From a virus (lineage: Duplodnaviria > Caudoviricetes), in IMG/VR virus record IMGVR_UViG_3300021139_001731, positions 1,580-65,579 of that record: a DNA stretch of 64,000 nucleotides. The stretch is one strand, 5' to 3'. The position numbers and the translations under genes are program-made. Every line of letters starts with the position of its first letter. Position 1 is the first letter of the stretch. The notes under the pieces were generated by a model. The model was given only the letters and a program-made list of their open reading frames with translations. It had not been told where the DNA came from and ran no database searches. Of the stretch, positions 27,701 to 38,100 are shown piece by piece.

Positions 27701-29637
27701 ATGCAAATTTAATAATACCATTCAATGGAACACCAAAACCACAGGCAATTGAATTTAAAGTTAAGCCTGCTGAATTTGATAATTATGGATTTATAAATTC
27801 TAATGATTTTCAATTAGGTATTGTTGTAAATGGACATGGTTCAAATAAGTTTGGTAATTTTACAATTAATCATACACAAGTTGTAGGTGAACCATATCCT
27901 TTTTATGATGGAAATTATCATAGTATTTTGGTAAATAAAGTAGGTGATACAATTACACTTTATGCAAAAACAAATGATAAAGATAGAATCATACAAAGTG
28001 GACAATGGAGTGCAACAATCGATGGAAGTTTATATGAATCAACTACACAGATTGAATTTGTTGGATTTAGTGGTTCATTAGAGGAATTTAGATTATGGCA
28101 AACACCATTAAGTGAAAGTGTATTTGATAATCACGTTATAATGCCTGAAGCTATAAATGGTAACACAATTTATAGTTCAACTGAAGATTTATTATTAAGA
28201 TTAGATTTTGAAAGAGCACAAGATTTATCTTTAACGGGTTCAATAAATAATGTAGCTCCAAATTTAGGATATATTGATTCTATTACAACAGATCAATTTG
28301 GTATATCAGCAACTTATCCATATAATTATGAACCAGTAGAAAGAGAGTTATCATTGATAATTCCTAATAGTGGTGCAAGTAGATATTATACTAATAAAGT
28401 AAGATTAGAATCACAAGAATTAATATCCAATTTATCACCAACTCAAAGAGCAACTAAAAAGGCATTTGAAACATCTACAAAAGATTCTAATAGAGTAGGG
28501 TTATTATTCTCTCCTAATAAAGATTTAGATTTAGATATTGCAAAATCTTTAGGTGGTGAATCGTTTGATGATTATATTGGTGACCCTCAATATGAATATG
28601 GATATACAAATTATCCTGAATTAGATACTTTAAGAAATTATTATTTTGAAAGAGTAGGTGAAAGAAACATATATGAGTTTATTCGTTTAGTTAAATTTTA
28701 CGATAAATCTTTATTTGTTAATTTAAAAGAAATGTTACCAGCTAGAGCAAATGTAACTACCGGTCTTTTAATAGCACCTCATTTATTGGAAAGAAATAAA
28801 ATAAATGTAAATAGACCTAAAGCAGAAGCAGAAATCTTAGAAGGAGTTATAACTGATACTCAATTTAGTATTTTAGATGGTTCATATGAAGTATTAAATA
28901 GTGAATTAAATTTAGAAGATAGTTTATCTAATATATCCATAGTTAATGAAGATTTACCAGCTATTATAGATGCAACTGAAACTTACATTTTTAACGCAAC
29001 AAATTTAAGTTATAAAGCAGAAATTAATACTATTGAAACTACATTGGCAGCAGGTGAGGTTGATTCACATTATGGAGTTATAAATTATAAAAGAATAAGT
29101 AGTTCTATACAAACTGAATTCGACTTAATGAATGCTGGACAAGTTGTAGGTATGGACCAAAACTATATTGATTATGGATTTAATACTATGTTTGATAATG
29201 GTTATGGTAAATACACATATGAAGAAAATGGTATATTTAAATCAAAGGGTGTTAGAGCATTTTTAGTAACAAAAAGAAATGGTGTAATTACTAAATTAAA
29301 TCAAAATGGTGTTAGTGGTAGTGAAGCAAATATTTATACATCTTCTTATACTGAAGAATTATTAATACAGGATATTGGAATATCAAGTGGTAGTTTAGCG
29401 GGAGATCCTAATATTGTAAGTATAGTTACTGCAAGTGGTTATTTACCATCTCATTATATTTATAAAGGAGAGAAACACACTGGTATTCAAAATTTATTCT
29501 TTAGAGGTTCTAAACAAACAAGTGATACTACGATAGATGGAAAATCGCCGGTAGAAACATTTGTAACTAATCCAACTAAATTAAGAGTTACGGCACAGGG
29601 TAGAAGTAACAATGAACCTATATTAGAAGTAGATTAA
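24790..29637 (+). CDS. Large baseplate wedge protein (gp7-like) with LamG-like segment
   Basis: 1615 aa; LPYLLKHRGSVRGINALLTCYG wedge/tail-I-like motif; FSGSLEEFRLW LamG-like motif. Confidence 0.6.
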   Translation: MLDYLSNLYSQNMDGATYTPFTSLDVLNSSYGNNGGSITSGDSSQINTNTQIVPPPTPTGADIKLFLDNIGTYKNQMTFNVQGQSYNEGSVLLIDSNTINDSLVIKPIVNDGFTLKNYFELKKTLVNDTILIDGVYEPTKVPGITLITYNGYGSTQATSDYVLPQTIDLGFDLTQTPTVKTFTRIQNVYLVTNYNNTQLNSELEVTINSIDLVSPKTIRIGDSVDITNVNNTSSDLSISISGLSSFDLSNIRWQYSSKFNSNSTFDINDFNILTSDNSGLLRSSDFNSNIILLIEVTPNTSNYPTLTLGVNDISYNIAESVFTNKSSKLISIPYNASKLDGIKITTPYRTFTQAVSRNAELDLQNDFQNNEGQFKILLTPYSELYGDGVTQSIIVTINKVLDTPIIDKIDYPTNVVIPVYSFGDTNFTISFESNLATNVFIYHSTEDNSNLFGNFNSKDSIQLNYNSIKAFNTNAKLDLLLVPYNGNIKGEIERISILFDDPGFYVSTQNLKDELFNAIASQLKFNLNKPNYLNHLASFDIDDKQIIISNWDTDNTTFTKFKNDELGNKVPDGEINKSIVLKLYEPLPTNINKNDVLWVSELVSLPILQSVIVSGTLTDNTIPLRPANFNIEVDFVKGQSTGFQSYDGLILSGSQSSQQIVDTYLVQNFIDIEGINIDYTDFSNFVKYSSAVERLANFKYKKDLIDFYDNKIEVLLPSASVLPTVQLDIINYENNKNTLINGFDNWEKYLQNNVFTGSISTNDLLLNEYNTYLSNATIYDKENVNSLKSNIPNHIIEDSGNLDFLLFLDMIGNYFDIIWSYINGISDQKKIAETNKSGIEDKFLYQYLESFGWDAKNLNSNKQLWNYVFGLNDAGLNNTYTSDEYLGDNTIQITPEQATNQVWRRIANNLPYLLKHRGSVRGINALLTCYGIASSNLSIMEFGGPTIDTVVDTPKFIYDSLTYNLVFDNKNANLIIPFNGTPKPQAIEFKVKPAEFDNYGFINSNDFQLGIVVNGHGSNKFGNFTINHTQVVGEPYPFYDGNYHSILVNKVGDTITLYAKTNDKDRIIQSGQWSATIDGSLYESTTQIEFVGFSGSLEEFRLWQTPLSESVFDNHVIMPEAINGNTIYSSTEDLLLRLDFERAQDLSLTGSINNVAPNLGYIDSITTDQFGISATYPYNYEPVERELSLIIPNSGASRYYTNKVRLESQELISNLSPTQRATKKAFETSTKDSNRVGLLFSPNKDLDLDIAKSLGGESFDDYIGDPQYEYGYTNYPELDTLRNYYFERVGERNIYEFIRLVKFYDKSLFVNLKEMLPARANVTTGLLIAPHLLERNKINVNRPKAEAEILEGVITDTQFSILDGSYEVLNSELNLEDSLSNISIVNEDLPAIIDATETYIFNATNLSYKAEINTIETTLAAGEVDSHYGVINYKRISSSIQTEFDLMNAGQVVGMDQNYIDYGFNTMFDNGYGKYTYEENGIFKSKGVRAFLVTKRNGVITKLNQNGVSGSEANIYTSSYTEELLIQDIGISSGSLAGDPNIVSIVTASGYLPSHYIYKGEKHTGIQNLFFRGSKQTSDTTIDGKSPVETFVTNPTKLRVTAQGRSNNEPILEVD

Positions 29638-29664
29638 AAATAATGTAAAGAAAAAATATTTTAT

Positions 29665-29673
29665 ATATTTATA
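29665..29673 (+). promoter_or_regulatory. ATATTTATA motif
   Basis: 19 nt upstream of ATG 29693. Confidence 0.45.
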
Positions 29674-29692
29674 AAAGAATAATAAACAAACT

Positions 29693-30316
29693 ATGGCATA
29701 TTTAGATAACACAACGATTACAGTAGATGCTATCCTTACAAAAAAAGGTAGAGAAAAATTAGCAGCTGGTCAACCATTAAACATCTCACAATGGGCATTA
29801 GGTGATGATGAAATTGATTATAATTTATACGATCCAGCACATCCAAAGGGTTCAGCATATTATGATGCAGCTATTTTAGCAACTCCAATTTTGGAAGCTA
29901 GTCCAGATGAAACTCAAGCATTAAAATATAAATTAGTAACACTTCCTAGTGGTACTGTTAAGATACCTGTTGTTTCTATTAATGTTCAAACTATTGCAGC
30001 TAAAACAACTGGTGGTCAATTTCCTATTACACCTTCAACTTCACCAGCAGGTAATTTGAATGGTGGTTATACCGCAGTTTTAGGTAATAAGAATGCAGGT
30101 ACAATCGTAGGTGCTGGTTTAGCAAATGTAACAACAACTTCAACTACATTTACAAATAGTGTAACTGCAACAGCAGAAGTAGTTAAGGGTATGACATTTA
30201 CATTCATTCCTAATAGTTCATTAACTTCAACAATAACAACAACATTGACTATATTTGGTAACGAAACTGGTGGTAGTATTACTATTCCTGTTACTGTTAC
30301 TTATGTAGCTGCATAA
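29693..30316 (+). CDS. Virion structural protein
   Basis: DAILTKKGREKLA...WALGDDEIDY tail-collar-like N-terminus, Thr-rich. Confidence 0.6.
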   Translation: MAYLDNTTITVDAILTKKGREKLAAGQPLNISQWALGDDEIDYNLYDPAHPKGSAYYDAAILATPILEASPDETQALKYKLVTLPSGTVKIPVVSINVQTIAAKTTGGQFPITPSTSPAGNLNGGYTAVLGNKNAGTIVGAGLANVTTTSTTFTNSVTATAEVVKGMTFTFIPNSSLTSTITTTLTIFGNETGGSITIPVTVTYVAA

Positions 30317-30331
30317 AATAAATAAACGAAT

Positions 30332-31552
30332 ATGGCAACTTTAGGTTCAAATACTGGTACACAACTTACCAATGATTTAGCAACATATCTTAATCAACAA
30401 AAGCAAAATGCTAATGGAACATTAGATACAACTCAGTTAGCAGCTATCATTAATAATTATCTTACAACAGGTGAGAAATTAGTGATGGAAACTAATGTAA
30501 CTACAAATTCAGTATATAAACAATTTAATACAACAGATGTAGTTCCTGCTAAAAATGAAGTAGTAACAACTGGTTTGTGGAGTAATGGTAGTGGAAGTTT
30601 ATATACTTTTTATACAAGTTCAACTACAACTATTGCAGGTGCAAGTGGTTCTACAACTTCTCCTTATTATTACAATGTATATGCTTCAAATTTAACTGGT
30701 TCATCACCTGTTGAATTTGCGGTAACATATGGTGAAATAAGTGGTGCGGGTGTTCCAACAACTGCAATCGATCAAAATTCAACATTAGCAACTAAAGCTA
30801 CTTATTTCCAATATAGAGCTTTATTAACTGATAGTGCTGATAATTTCTTTACTTTTTATAGTGGAAGTACTCCAGATGCATTTGCTTCAGATGACTTTTA
30901 CGCAATTAACTTAAGTAGAGCAAATTATAGAGAAAGAGTAGATGCCGGTAATTGGAGTATTAGTTTGAGTGGTTCTAATGGTTTATTTACATTCATAGAT
31001 GATAGTAATAATAAATTCGAATCTAACACAGCTGGTTTAACTGTTTATAACATTGTAAGTGGTTCATTAAATTTAGGAACAAATCAAAACGCAACTATAT
31101 CAACACATACCGCATCAAATGGTGTTGGTTATGGTAAGTTCTATCCTGATTTTGGTATTTTAATATTTAGTCCAGATGCATTGGCATCAACAGTTGGTTC
31201 TGAATTAAGTGGTTCATCACAAACTTCAACATACGATTATACTCAACTTAAATTCTTAAGTGCAATTCAAAAGGGTGGTAATTTTGAAGCAAGAAGAATT
31301 GAAAATTTATCAACTGCACACTATTTTGTAAGAGTTAATAACAGAGAATTTAATTTTTCTAATAACCCTACTTATACTGATGCTACTGGTTCATTTACTC
31401 AACCAACATTCACAACAGATCCTTTATCTTATATTACAACAATTGGTTTATTTAACGATGCAAATGAAATGATTGCAGTAGCTAAAACATCTCAACCAAT
31501 AGCTAAATCATTCAGTAAAGAATTATTATTGAAAGTTAAATTAGATTTCTAA
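30332..31552 (+). CDS. Tail-collar/fibre attachment-like protein
   Basis: C-terminal YITTIGLFNDANEMIAVAKTSQPIAK...KLDF. Confidence 0.65.
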   Translation: MATLGSNTGTQLTNDLATYLNQQKQNANGTLDTTQLAAIINNYLTTGEKLVMETNVTTNSVYKQFNTTDVVPAKNEVVTTGLWSNGSGSLYTFYTSSTTTIAGASGSTTSPYYYNVYASNLTGSSPVEFAVTYGEISGAGVPTTAIDQNSTLATKATYFQYRALLTDSADNFFTFYSGSTPDAFASDDFYAINLSRANYRERVDAGNWSISLSGSNGLFTFIDDSNNKFESNTAGLTVYNIVSGSLNLGTNQNATISTHTASNGVGYGKFYPDFGILIFSPDALASTVGSELSGSSQTSTYDYTQLKFLSAIQKGGNFEARRIENLSTAHYFVRVNNREFNFSNNPTYTDATGSFTQPTFTTDPLSYITTIGLFNDANEMIAVAKTSQPIAKSFSKELLLKVKLDF

Positions 31553-31570
31553 GATATTCAATCTTATATA

Positions 31571-31608
31571 AAACAAAAACCCAACCTTAAAAAGTTGGGT
31601 TTTTGTTT
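31571..31608. terminator. Intrinsic, probably bidirectional terminator
   Basis: Perfect 15-bp stem AAACAAAAACCCAAC / GTTGGGTTTTTGTTT with 8-nt loop. Confidence 0.85.
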
Positions 31609-31614
31609 ATTGGA

Positions 31615-31623
31615 ATATTTATA
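31615..31623 (+). promoter_or_regulatory. ATATTTATA motif
   Basis: Immediately after the terminator and 7 nt before ATG 31631, as expected for a re-initiation promoter. Confidence 0.55.
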
Positions 31624-31630
31624 TTAGATT

Positions 31631-32713
31631 ATGTTAAAACAAATTCCTAAATCCGATATTAATTATAGACCATTTAAGGTTTATAAAACATTTACTCTTA
31701 CTGAAAATGATGTTACTGCTTCTTTGGTATTTAATCATACGGGTAGTACGGATTCATTATCACCAATAGAATTAACTGAGCAAGGATTATATCACCAATT
31801 ATACACAATGTATTATAGGGATCCACATAATCCGTTCACATCGTATGGTGATATATTGCCAATTTCTGAATCTTATAATACTACAACTTCACAAAGATAT
31901 TTAAGTGGTTCAGCGTATGTTTTACCTATACCACAAAAAATGTATGGAGAAGGAATAAAACCTGGTAGTGTTATTTTAAATAGTAATGTTACCGGTGATT
32001 ATTCTATGGATGATTCATATGGTAATTTAATTTCAGATACCAATGAATTTATATTAATTTCATTAAATGTTCAAGATGGAACTTTTACATTTGTAGATTC
32101 AATTGGAAATCAAAATACGTTATCCTTTACCGAAATTAATATGAACAATGGTATTATTTCAATAGTAGGACAACTAAATTCTTTTACAAACTTTTCGGCA
32201 AATATAAATGGTGATTCAATTAGTTTTGTTGGTGTAATAGAAGGAAATCCAAATATTAGTAAGAGAATAGTAGGTAATGTTATTTATTCACATGGATTAA
32301 TTATAATTACACATGATGTATTAGGAAATAATTTAGGATATTTTAATGATTACCATTTAGAATATAAATCGACTAATACCATTTATGAAAATGAAATATT
32401 ATTGGTAGTAGAAGAAGATGAGTTTAATATATCTACTAACAAAACAGCAATAGGATTAGTAACTGGTTCATATTTTGAGAGAACCACTATAAATAATCCA
32501 ATAATAGGATCAGATGGTATTAGTTTAGCAGGATTTGATGATTATATGTATAGTTCATCGGTAGATACTACTGGTTCATATTTAGCACCTTATATAACTA
32601 CAATTGGGTTATATGATGATAATATGGATATGGTAGCAGTTGCTAAATTAGCTAAGCCTGTTAAATCAATGCCAGACTTACCTGTAAACTTTTTAGTAAG
32701 ATTTGATACTTAA
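31631..32713 (+). CDS. Tail-collar-like protein, paralogue of 30332-31552
   Basis: C-terminal YITTIGLYDDNMDMVAVAKLAKPVK...RFDT. Confidence 0.65.
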   Translation: MLKQIPKSDINYRPFKVYKTFTLTENDVTASLVFNHTGSTDSLSPIELTEQGLYHQLYTMYYRDPHNPFTSYGDILPISESYNTTTSQRYLSGSAYVLPIPQKMYGEGIKPGSVILNSNVTGDYSMDDSYGNLISDTNEFILISLNVQDGTFTFVDSIGNQNTLSFTEINMNNGIISIVGQLNSFTNFSANINGDSISFVGVIEGNPNISKRIVGNVIYSHGLIIITHDVLGNNLGYFNDYHLEYKSTNTIYENEILLVVEEDEFNISTNKTAIGLVTGSYFERTTINNPIIGSDGISLAGFDDYMYSSSVDTTGSYLAPYITTIGLYDDNMDMVAVAKLAKPVKSMPDLPVNFLVRFDT

Positions 32714-32716
32714 TAT

Positions 32717-33400
32717 ATGTTTATAATTTATTATCACATATTTGCAACCCCAGGTGTGATAGATATTTTAAATGAACATTTTTACTTAATAGAAAAATAT
32801 TTTAATTTTGAATATCAATTAAATATCGGTATTTGTACTAGTAATCATAAAAATTCATTAAATGATGTTTTAGAATATTTAAAAACAAAAAAATGTATAG
32901 TTAGGGATATTAAAGATTGTCATTCTGAATGGGTTACTTTAGATTTACTAGAAGGTGATAAAGTTACATATAATGATGATGATATAATAATGTATTTTCA
33001 TACTAAAGGTATAACACATATAAACGATACCGAAAAATATAAAAGAATGGTTTCATGGAGACAACTTATGAACTATTTTTTATTAGAAAGAATAGATGAT
33101 GTAATAAAAATTCTTAATAACACCGAACATAATATCTATGGTGTTACTAAATTTATGTATGATTGGGAACAACAAAAAAGACCTGGACATTTTCATATGA
33201 TGGGTAATTTTTGGGTAGTTACTGGTAAATATGCAAAAACAATTAATACTACAATAGGTAAGAGAGATGTTAGAACTGATGTAGAAAATAGATTTTGGCA
33301 ATTAGGTGATAATCCAAATCCATATCAAATATATCATTATAATACTAATATTGATATTGAAACACTTTATTTTAAAAGAGAAGATTACGAAATAAAATAA
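32717..33400 (+). CDS. Putative glycosyltransferase-like protein
   Basis: IIYYHIF, EWVTL, YFHTKG, GNFW motifs. Confidence 0.45.
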   Translation: MFIIYYHIFATPGVIDILNEHFYLIEKYFNFEYQLNIGICTSNHKNSLNDVLEYLKTKKCIVRDIKDCHSEWVTLDLLEGDKVTYNDDDIIMYFHTKGITHINDTEKYKRMVSWRQLMNYFLLERIDDVIKILNNTEHNIYGVTKFMYDWEQQKRPGHFHMMGNFWVVTGKYAKTINTTIGKRDVRTDVENRFWQLGDNPNPYQIYHYNTNIDIETLYFKREDYEIK

Positions 33401-33406
33401 ATAATT

Positions 33407-33415
33407 ATATTTATA
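33407..33415 (+). promoter_or_regulatory. ATATTTATA motif
   Basis: 14 nt upstream of ATG 33430. Confidence 0.45.
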
Positions 33416-33429
33416 TTAAACAAAATACA

Positions 33430-33642
33430 ATGGCAATAATAGATACATACAATAAAAGTGGAATAGCAGATAAAATTGGTAATAATGCTAAAACATCTGG
33501 ATTTATACCTAATGAACAACAAGGTAATCCTTCACAATTCGATTTAACTGCAACTACTTTAGATAAAAAGGATTTAAATGGTAATTCAACTGCACCATAT
33601 ACTCCAAAGAAAACTTACGAAGACGTTACTCCTAGACAATAA
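33430..33642 (+). CDS. Small hypothetical protein (70 aa)
   Basis: ORF preceded by the candidate late motif. Confidence 0.6.
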   Translation: MAIIDTYNKSGIADKIGNNAKTSGFIPNEQQGNPSQFDLTATTLDKKDLNGNSTAPYTPKKTYEDVTPRQ

Positions 33643-33644
33643 TA

Positions 33645-34055
33645 ATGGCAAAGAAAAAAGTTACAAAAAGTAGTGGTTGGGTAGCAAAAAAGAATGGTTT
33701 TAAAAGTGGTTTAGAAGATTCAGTTTCCCAACAAATAGAGAGTAAAGGAATTAAAGTAGAATATGAAACCGAAAAAGTTAGTTATATCATACCTGCTTCA
33801 CCTCATACTTATCATCCTGATTTTAAGTTACCTAATGGTATCAGGATAGAAACGAAAGGTAGATTTGTAATAGCTGATAGAAAGAAACATTTATTAGTTA
33901 AAGAACAAAACCCTCAATTAGATATTCGTTTTGTATTTACCAATTCAAAGAATAAAATTAACAAAAATTCTAAAACTACCTATGCAGATTGGTGTGATAA
34001 AAATGGGTTTAAGTATTCCGATAAGGTAATACCAGATGAATGGTTTACCGAATAA
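33645..34055 (+). CDS. Holliday junction resolvase, T7 endonuclease I-like
   Basis: FKSGLE, YHPDF, IETKGRF, DRKKHLLVKEQNPQLDIRFVF. Confidence 0.9.
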   Translation: MAKKKVTKSSGWVAKKNGFKSGLEDSVSQQIESKGIKVEYETEKVSYIIPASPHTYHPDFKLPNGIRIETKGRFVIADRKKHLLVKEQNPQLDIRFVFTNSKNKINKNSKTTYADWCDKNGFKYSDKVIPDEWFTE

Positions 34056-34087
34056 TTTGGTAATTTCGACTAATTTCCGTATATTTG
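34056..34087 (+). promoter_or_regulatory. Bacteroidota-type -33/-7 promoter
   Basis: TTTG 34056-34059, 20-nt spacer, TAtaTTTG 34080-34087. Confidence 0.75.
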
Positions 34088-34091
34088 ATAT

Positions 34092-35093
34092 ATGGAGATA
34101 ATACAACTTTTTGATAAATACATAGGACCAAGCAAAGCTCTTAAGAAAAATGAGTATGCATATCATTGTCCTTTCTGTCATCATCACAAACCAAAATTAC
34201 AAATAAACGATAAAACACATAAGTTTCATTGTTGGACTTGTAATGCCGGCGGTAATCTTATTTATTTAGGTAAGAAGATTGGAATGAGTGATTTAGACCT
34301 AAATGATTTATTGTCTAAATGTGGTATTAGTGAAGAAACCCGTCGTAAATTGAAAGATGATTGGACAGGAACTCTTAAGGAATTATTAGATAAACTTTGG
34401 CAAGAAGAGGAAGAACAAGAAGCTGAAAACACATCACAATTATTATTACCAACAGAATTTAAGTCAGCATTAGAACTGAAAATAGATAAAAAGAATCCAA
34501 TTGAAGGGCATGCTATAAAATATCTTAAAGAAAGAGGCATAACTAAAAAACATATTATTAGATATAATATTGGATTCTGTGCTAAGGGTTTATATGCTGG
34601 TAGAGTTATTATTCCATCATATGATAGTAGAAATCAATTAAATTATTTTATAGCAAGAAGTATATTTCCTGATGAGAAACAAAAGTATAAAAATCCTCCT
34701 GTATCTAAAGATGTTATAGTTTTTGCTAATCAAATTGATTGGTCGCAACCTATTACTTTATGTGAAGGTGTATTTGATGCTATAGCTCTGAAGCGTAATG
34801 CTATTCCACTTTTAGGTAAGTTTGTTCAGAAAACACTAATGGGTGCATTGAAAAATACTAAACCAGATGTTTACATTTGTTTAGATAATGATGCACAAGA
34901 AGATGCATTAGTATTATATGATAAAATTAAATCATATGTAAAATCAGTTAAAAACATTAAGTTAGATGGTAAAGATGCGGGTGAAAATTCTTTCTCAAAT
35001 ATTTTGAAATATCAGAAAAATTCCGTAACTTTGAGTTGGGAAAGCTTAATAAGAGAAAAACTATTATCTTTTAATAGTAGTTCATTAAAATAA
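34092..35093 (+). CDS. DNA primase (Zn finger + TOPRIM)
   Basis: CPFC...HCWTC zinc finger, GRVIIP, CEGVFDA, LDNDA. Confidence 0.9.
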   Translation: MEIIQLFDKYIGPSKALKKNEYAYHCPFCHHHKPKLQINDKTHKFHCWTCNAGGNLIYLGKKIGMSDLDLNDLLSKCGISEETRRKLKDDWTGTLKELLDKLWQEEEEQEAENTSQLLLPTEFKSALELKIDKKNPIEGHAIKYLKERGITKKHIIRYNIGFCAKGLYAGRVIIPSYDSRNQLNYFIARSIFPDEKQKYKNPPVSKDVIVFANQIDWSQPITLCEGVFDAIALKRNAIPLLGKFVQKTLMGALKNTKPDVYICLDNDAQEDALVLYDKIKSYVKSVKNIKLDGKDAGENSFSNILKYQKNSVTLSWESLIREKLLSFNSSSLK

Positions 35094-35100
35094 AAAAGAA

Positions 35101-38100
35101 ATGAATAAATTAAAAAGAATTTATCACATTGCAGACATTCACATTAGAAACTTAAAAAGACACCAGGAATATAGAGAAGTTTTTAATAGATTATTTGAAG
35201 ACATTAAAAAGAGGGGAACTGAAGATTCCCTTATTTATTTAGCTGGAGATTTGGCTCACGCTAAATTAGAAATGTCACCGGAGCTTCTTAACGAAATAAA
35301 TTATTTTCTTAAGAAGTGTTGTGAATTATGTCCTACTATTCTAATTGCTGGAAACCATGATTGTAATTTAAACAATGTTGGTAGATTGGATGTATTGAGT
35401 CCAATTGTAGAAGCATTAGATTTACCTAACTTAACTTATTTAAGAGATACTCAATCTTATACCTATGGGGGTGTAAGATTTGATTTATTTTCTATTTTTG
35501 ATGATAAAGAAAATTGGAAGTTTGAACCAATTACATCAGATACTACAAATATTGCATTATTTCACGGACCAATTTTAGATGCAACTACTGATGTAGGTTA
35601 TCATATTTCTTCTAGACATTTTACAACTGAAATGTTTGATGGATATGATTTAGCTTTATTAGGTGATATTCATAAAAGACAAACTATGATTTCCCCAGAT
35701 GGTTGTAAAGTAGTTTATCCTGGTTCCCTTATTCAGCAAAATCATGGTGAGAAATTAACTGAACATGGTTATGCTATTTGGAATATTAGTGATTTATCAG
35801 TTGAATATGTAGATATTCCAAATGATTATGGTTATTATACTTTACATGTAGAGAATGGTATTGTACCTGATGTAACTGATATGCCTGTTAAACCAAGATT
35901 AAGAGTGTTGGTTTCAAAGACAGATGCCGCAGATATGAAAAGAGTTACTACTGAAATTAAAAAGAAATATAAAGTAGATGAGTTTACTATTACTCGTACC
36001 GATACATTAGCTCGTTTAAGAACAGGCAATAGAGATGGTAAGTTGAATGTAGGTAATGTAAATGACCCTCAATATCAAGCCGGTCTTATCAAAGATTATT
36101 TAGGTAGAAACTATATGTTAGATGCCGAAACATTAGGTAAGATTGAAGATTTGAATACTAAATTAAATAAGAAACTTACAGATGAAGATTTAGTTAAGAA
36201 TATAACTTGGAAGCCAATTCGTTTTGAGTTTGATAATATGTTCAGTTATGGTGAGAACAATATCGTTAACTTTGATAATATGAAAGGGTTAATGGGTGTG
36301 TTCGCTCCAAATGCCGCGGGTAAATCTTCTTTATTCGATGCATTATCTTTTTGTATATTTGATAAGAGTAGTAGAGCATTCAAAGCAGCTAATATCTTAA
36401 ACAATCGTAAAACAGAATTTAAGTGTAAGTTAGAATTTGAAATCAATGATGAGAAATTCTTTATTGAGAGAACTGCTAAATTAGCTAAGAAGGGTGACAC
36501 AGTTAAAGTAGATGTAAACTTTTGGAGATTGGAGGGTGATGAAATGATTTCTCTAAATGGAAACGAAAGAAGGGATACGGATAAAGCAATCGAAAGTTAT
36601 TTAGGAAAGTATGAAGATTTTGTATTAACTGCATTATCTTTACAAGGAAACAATTCCCTATTCATTGATAAATCACAATCAGAAAGAAAAGATTTATTAG
36701 CTCAGTTTATGGGTATTAATGTATTCGATAAGTTATATGATTTAGCAAGTGAGGATATTAAAGAAGTTCAGGTCTTATTAAGAAACTTTAAGAGAACTGA
36801 TTTTACATCAGAGTTAGCAACAGCAGAAACTAAATTAGAAGAACTTAATGATGAGTATGAAGAATTAGAAATTGAGAAAGAAAGTTACGAAGATAGACAA
36901 GATGAATTAAATGAAAAGATAACTGAATTATCAGCTCAATTAGTTCCAATGGATGGTAATTTGAATATTGATGATTTGAATACTAAAAAGGAAAAATTAG
37001 AAAATAGTTTAGAGGAATTAAAAGAATTAAGTATTGTTAAAGTGGCCAATATTAGTGATATTATTGGTAAGGTAGTAGAACTAAAAAAATTATTGGCTGA
37101 AAAAGCAACTCCTAATGGTATTGATATAGAAATTGTATATTCTAATTATAAAACAGAACAATCAAAGTTATTAGAAGCAACTAAAGTATATGATACTGCA
37201 AAATTACATTTGAGTTTAGCAGAAGAAAAGATTAAACATTTGGATAAACATGAATATGACCCTAATTGTAAATTCTGTTGTGATAATACTTTTGTAAAAG
37301 ATGCAACAAATGCAAAAAATGCATTACCTCAATTACAAGAAATAGTAAATCAAGCCCTAATAGATTGTACAGGTATTCAACAAACTTTAGATACAATGGA
37401 AGGTATCGAGAAACAATATAACGAAGTAGTTGATTTAAAAGCTAAAATACAAAAGGGAGTTCAAGCACATACCAATAGAACTTTAGAGTTTAATGGTATG
37501 ATTACTCAAAAAGAATTATACGAAGCACAATTAACGGCGGTTGAAATGGATATTGTAAGATACCACGCCAACGAAGCAAACATTCAAAATAACAATGTAT
37601 TGAATGGACAAATTGAAACTATTAAAGTTCAATTAGCAAGTGTAACAAAAGATTTAAGAAATATTAATTCTACCCTATTGCAAGTTAATGGTGATATTGC
37701 AAAAGCAAATTCTTATATAACTACCATTACTCAAAAAATGGAAGAAGCTAAAGGATTAGAAGAACAATATCAAATCTACGAATATTATTTAGATGCAGTT
37801 AAGAGGGATGGTGTATCATATGAATTGATTGCAAAGGCTCTACCAGTGATAGAAGGTGAGGTTAATAACATCTTACAACAAATTGTAGAGTTCGGTATCG
37901 TCTTTGATATGAGTGGCAAGAATGTGAACGCTAGAATTGTTTATGAGGATCAAAGTTGGCCATTAGAAATGTGTAGTGGTATGGAAAAATTTGTAAGTGG
38001 GTTAGCTATTAGAGTTGCACTTATTAATGTATGTAATTTACCTCGTCCAAACTTCTTAGTAATTGATGAAGGGTTTGGAACATTGGATAGTGATAACTTA

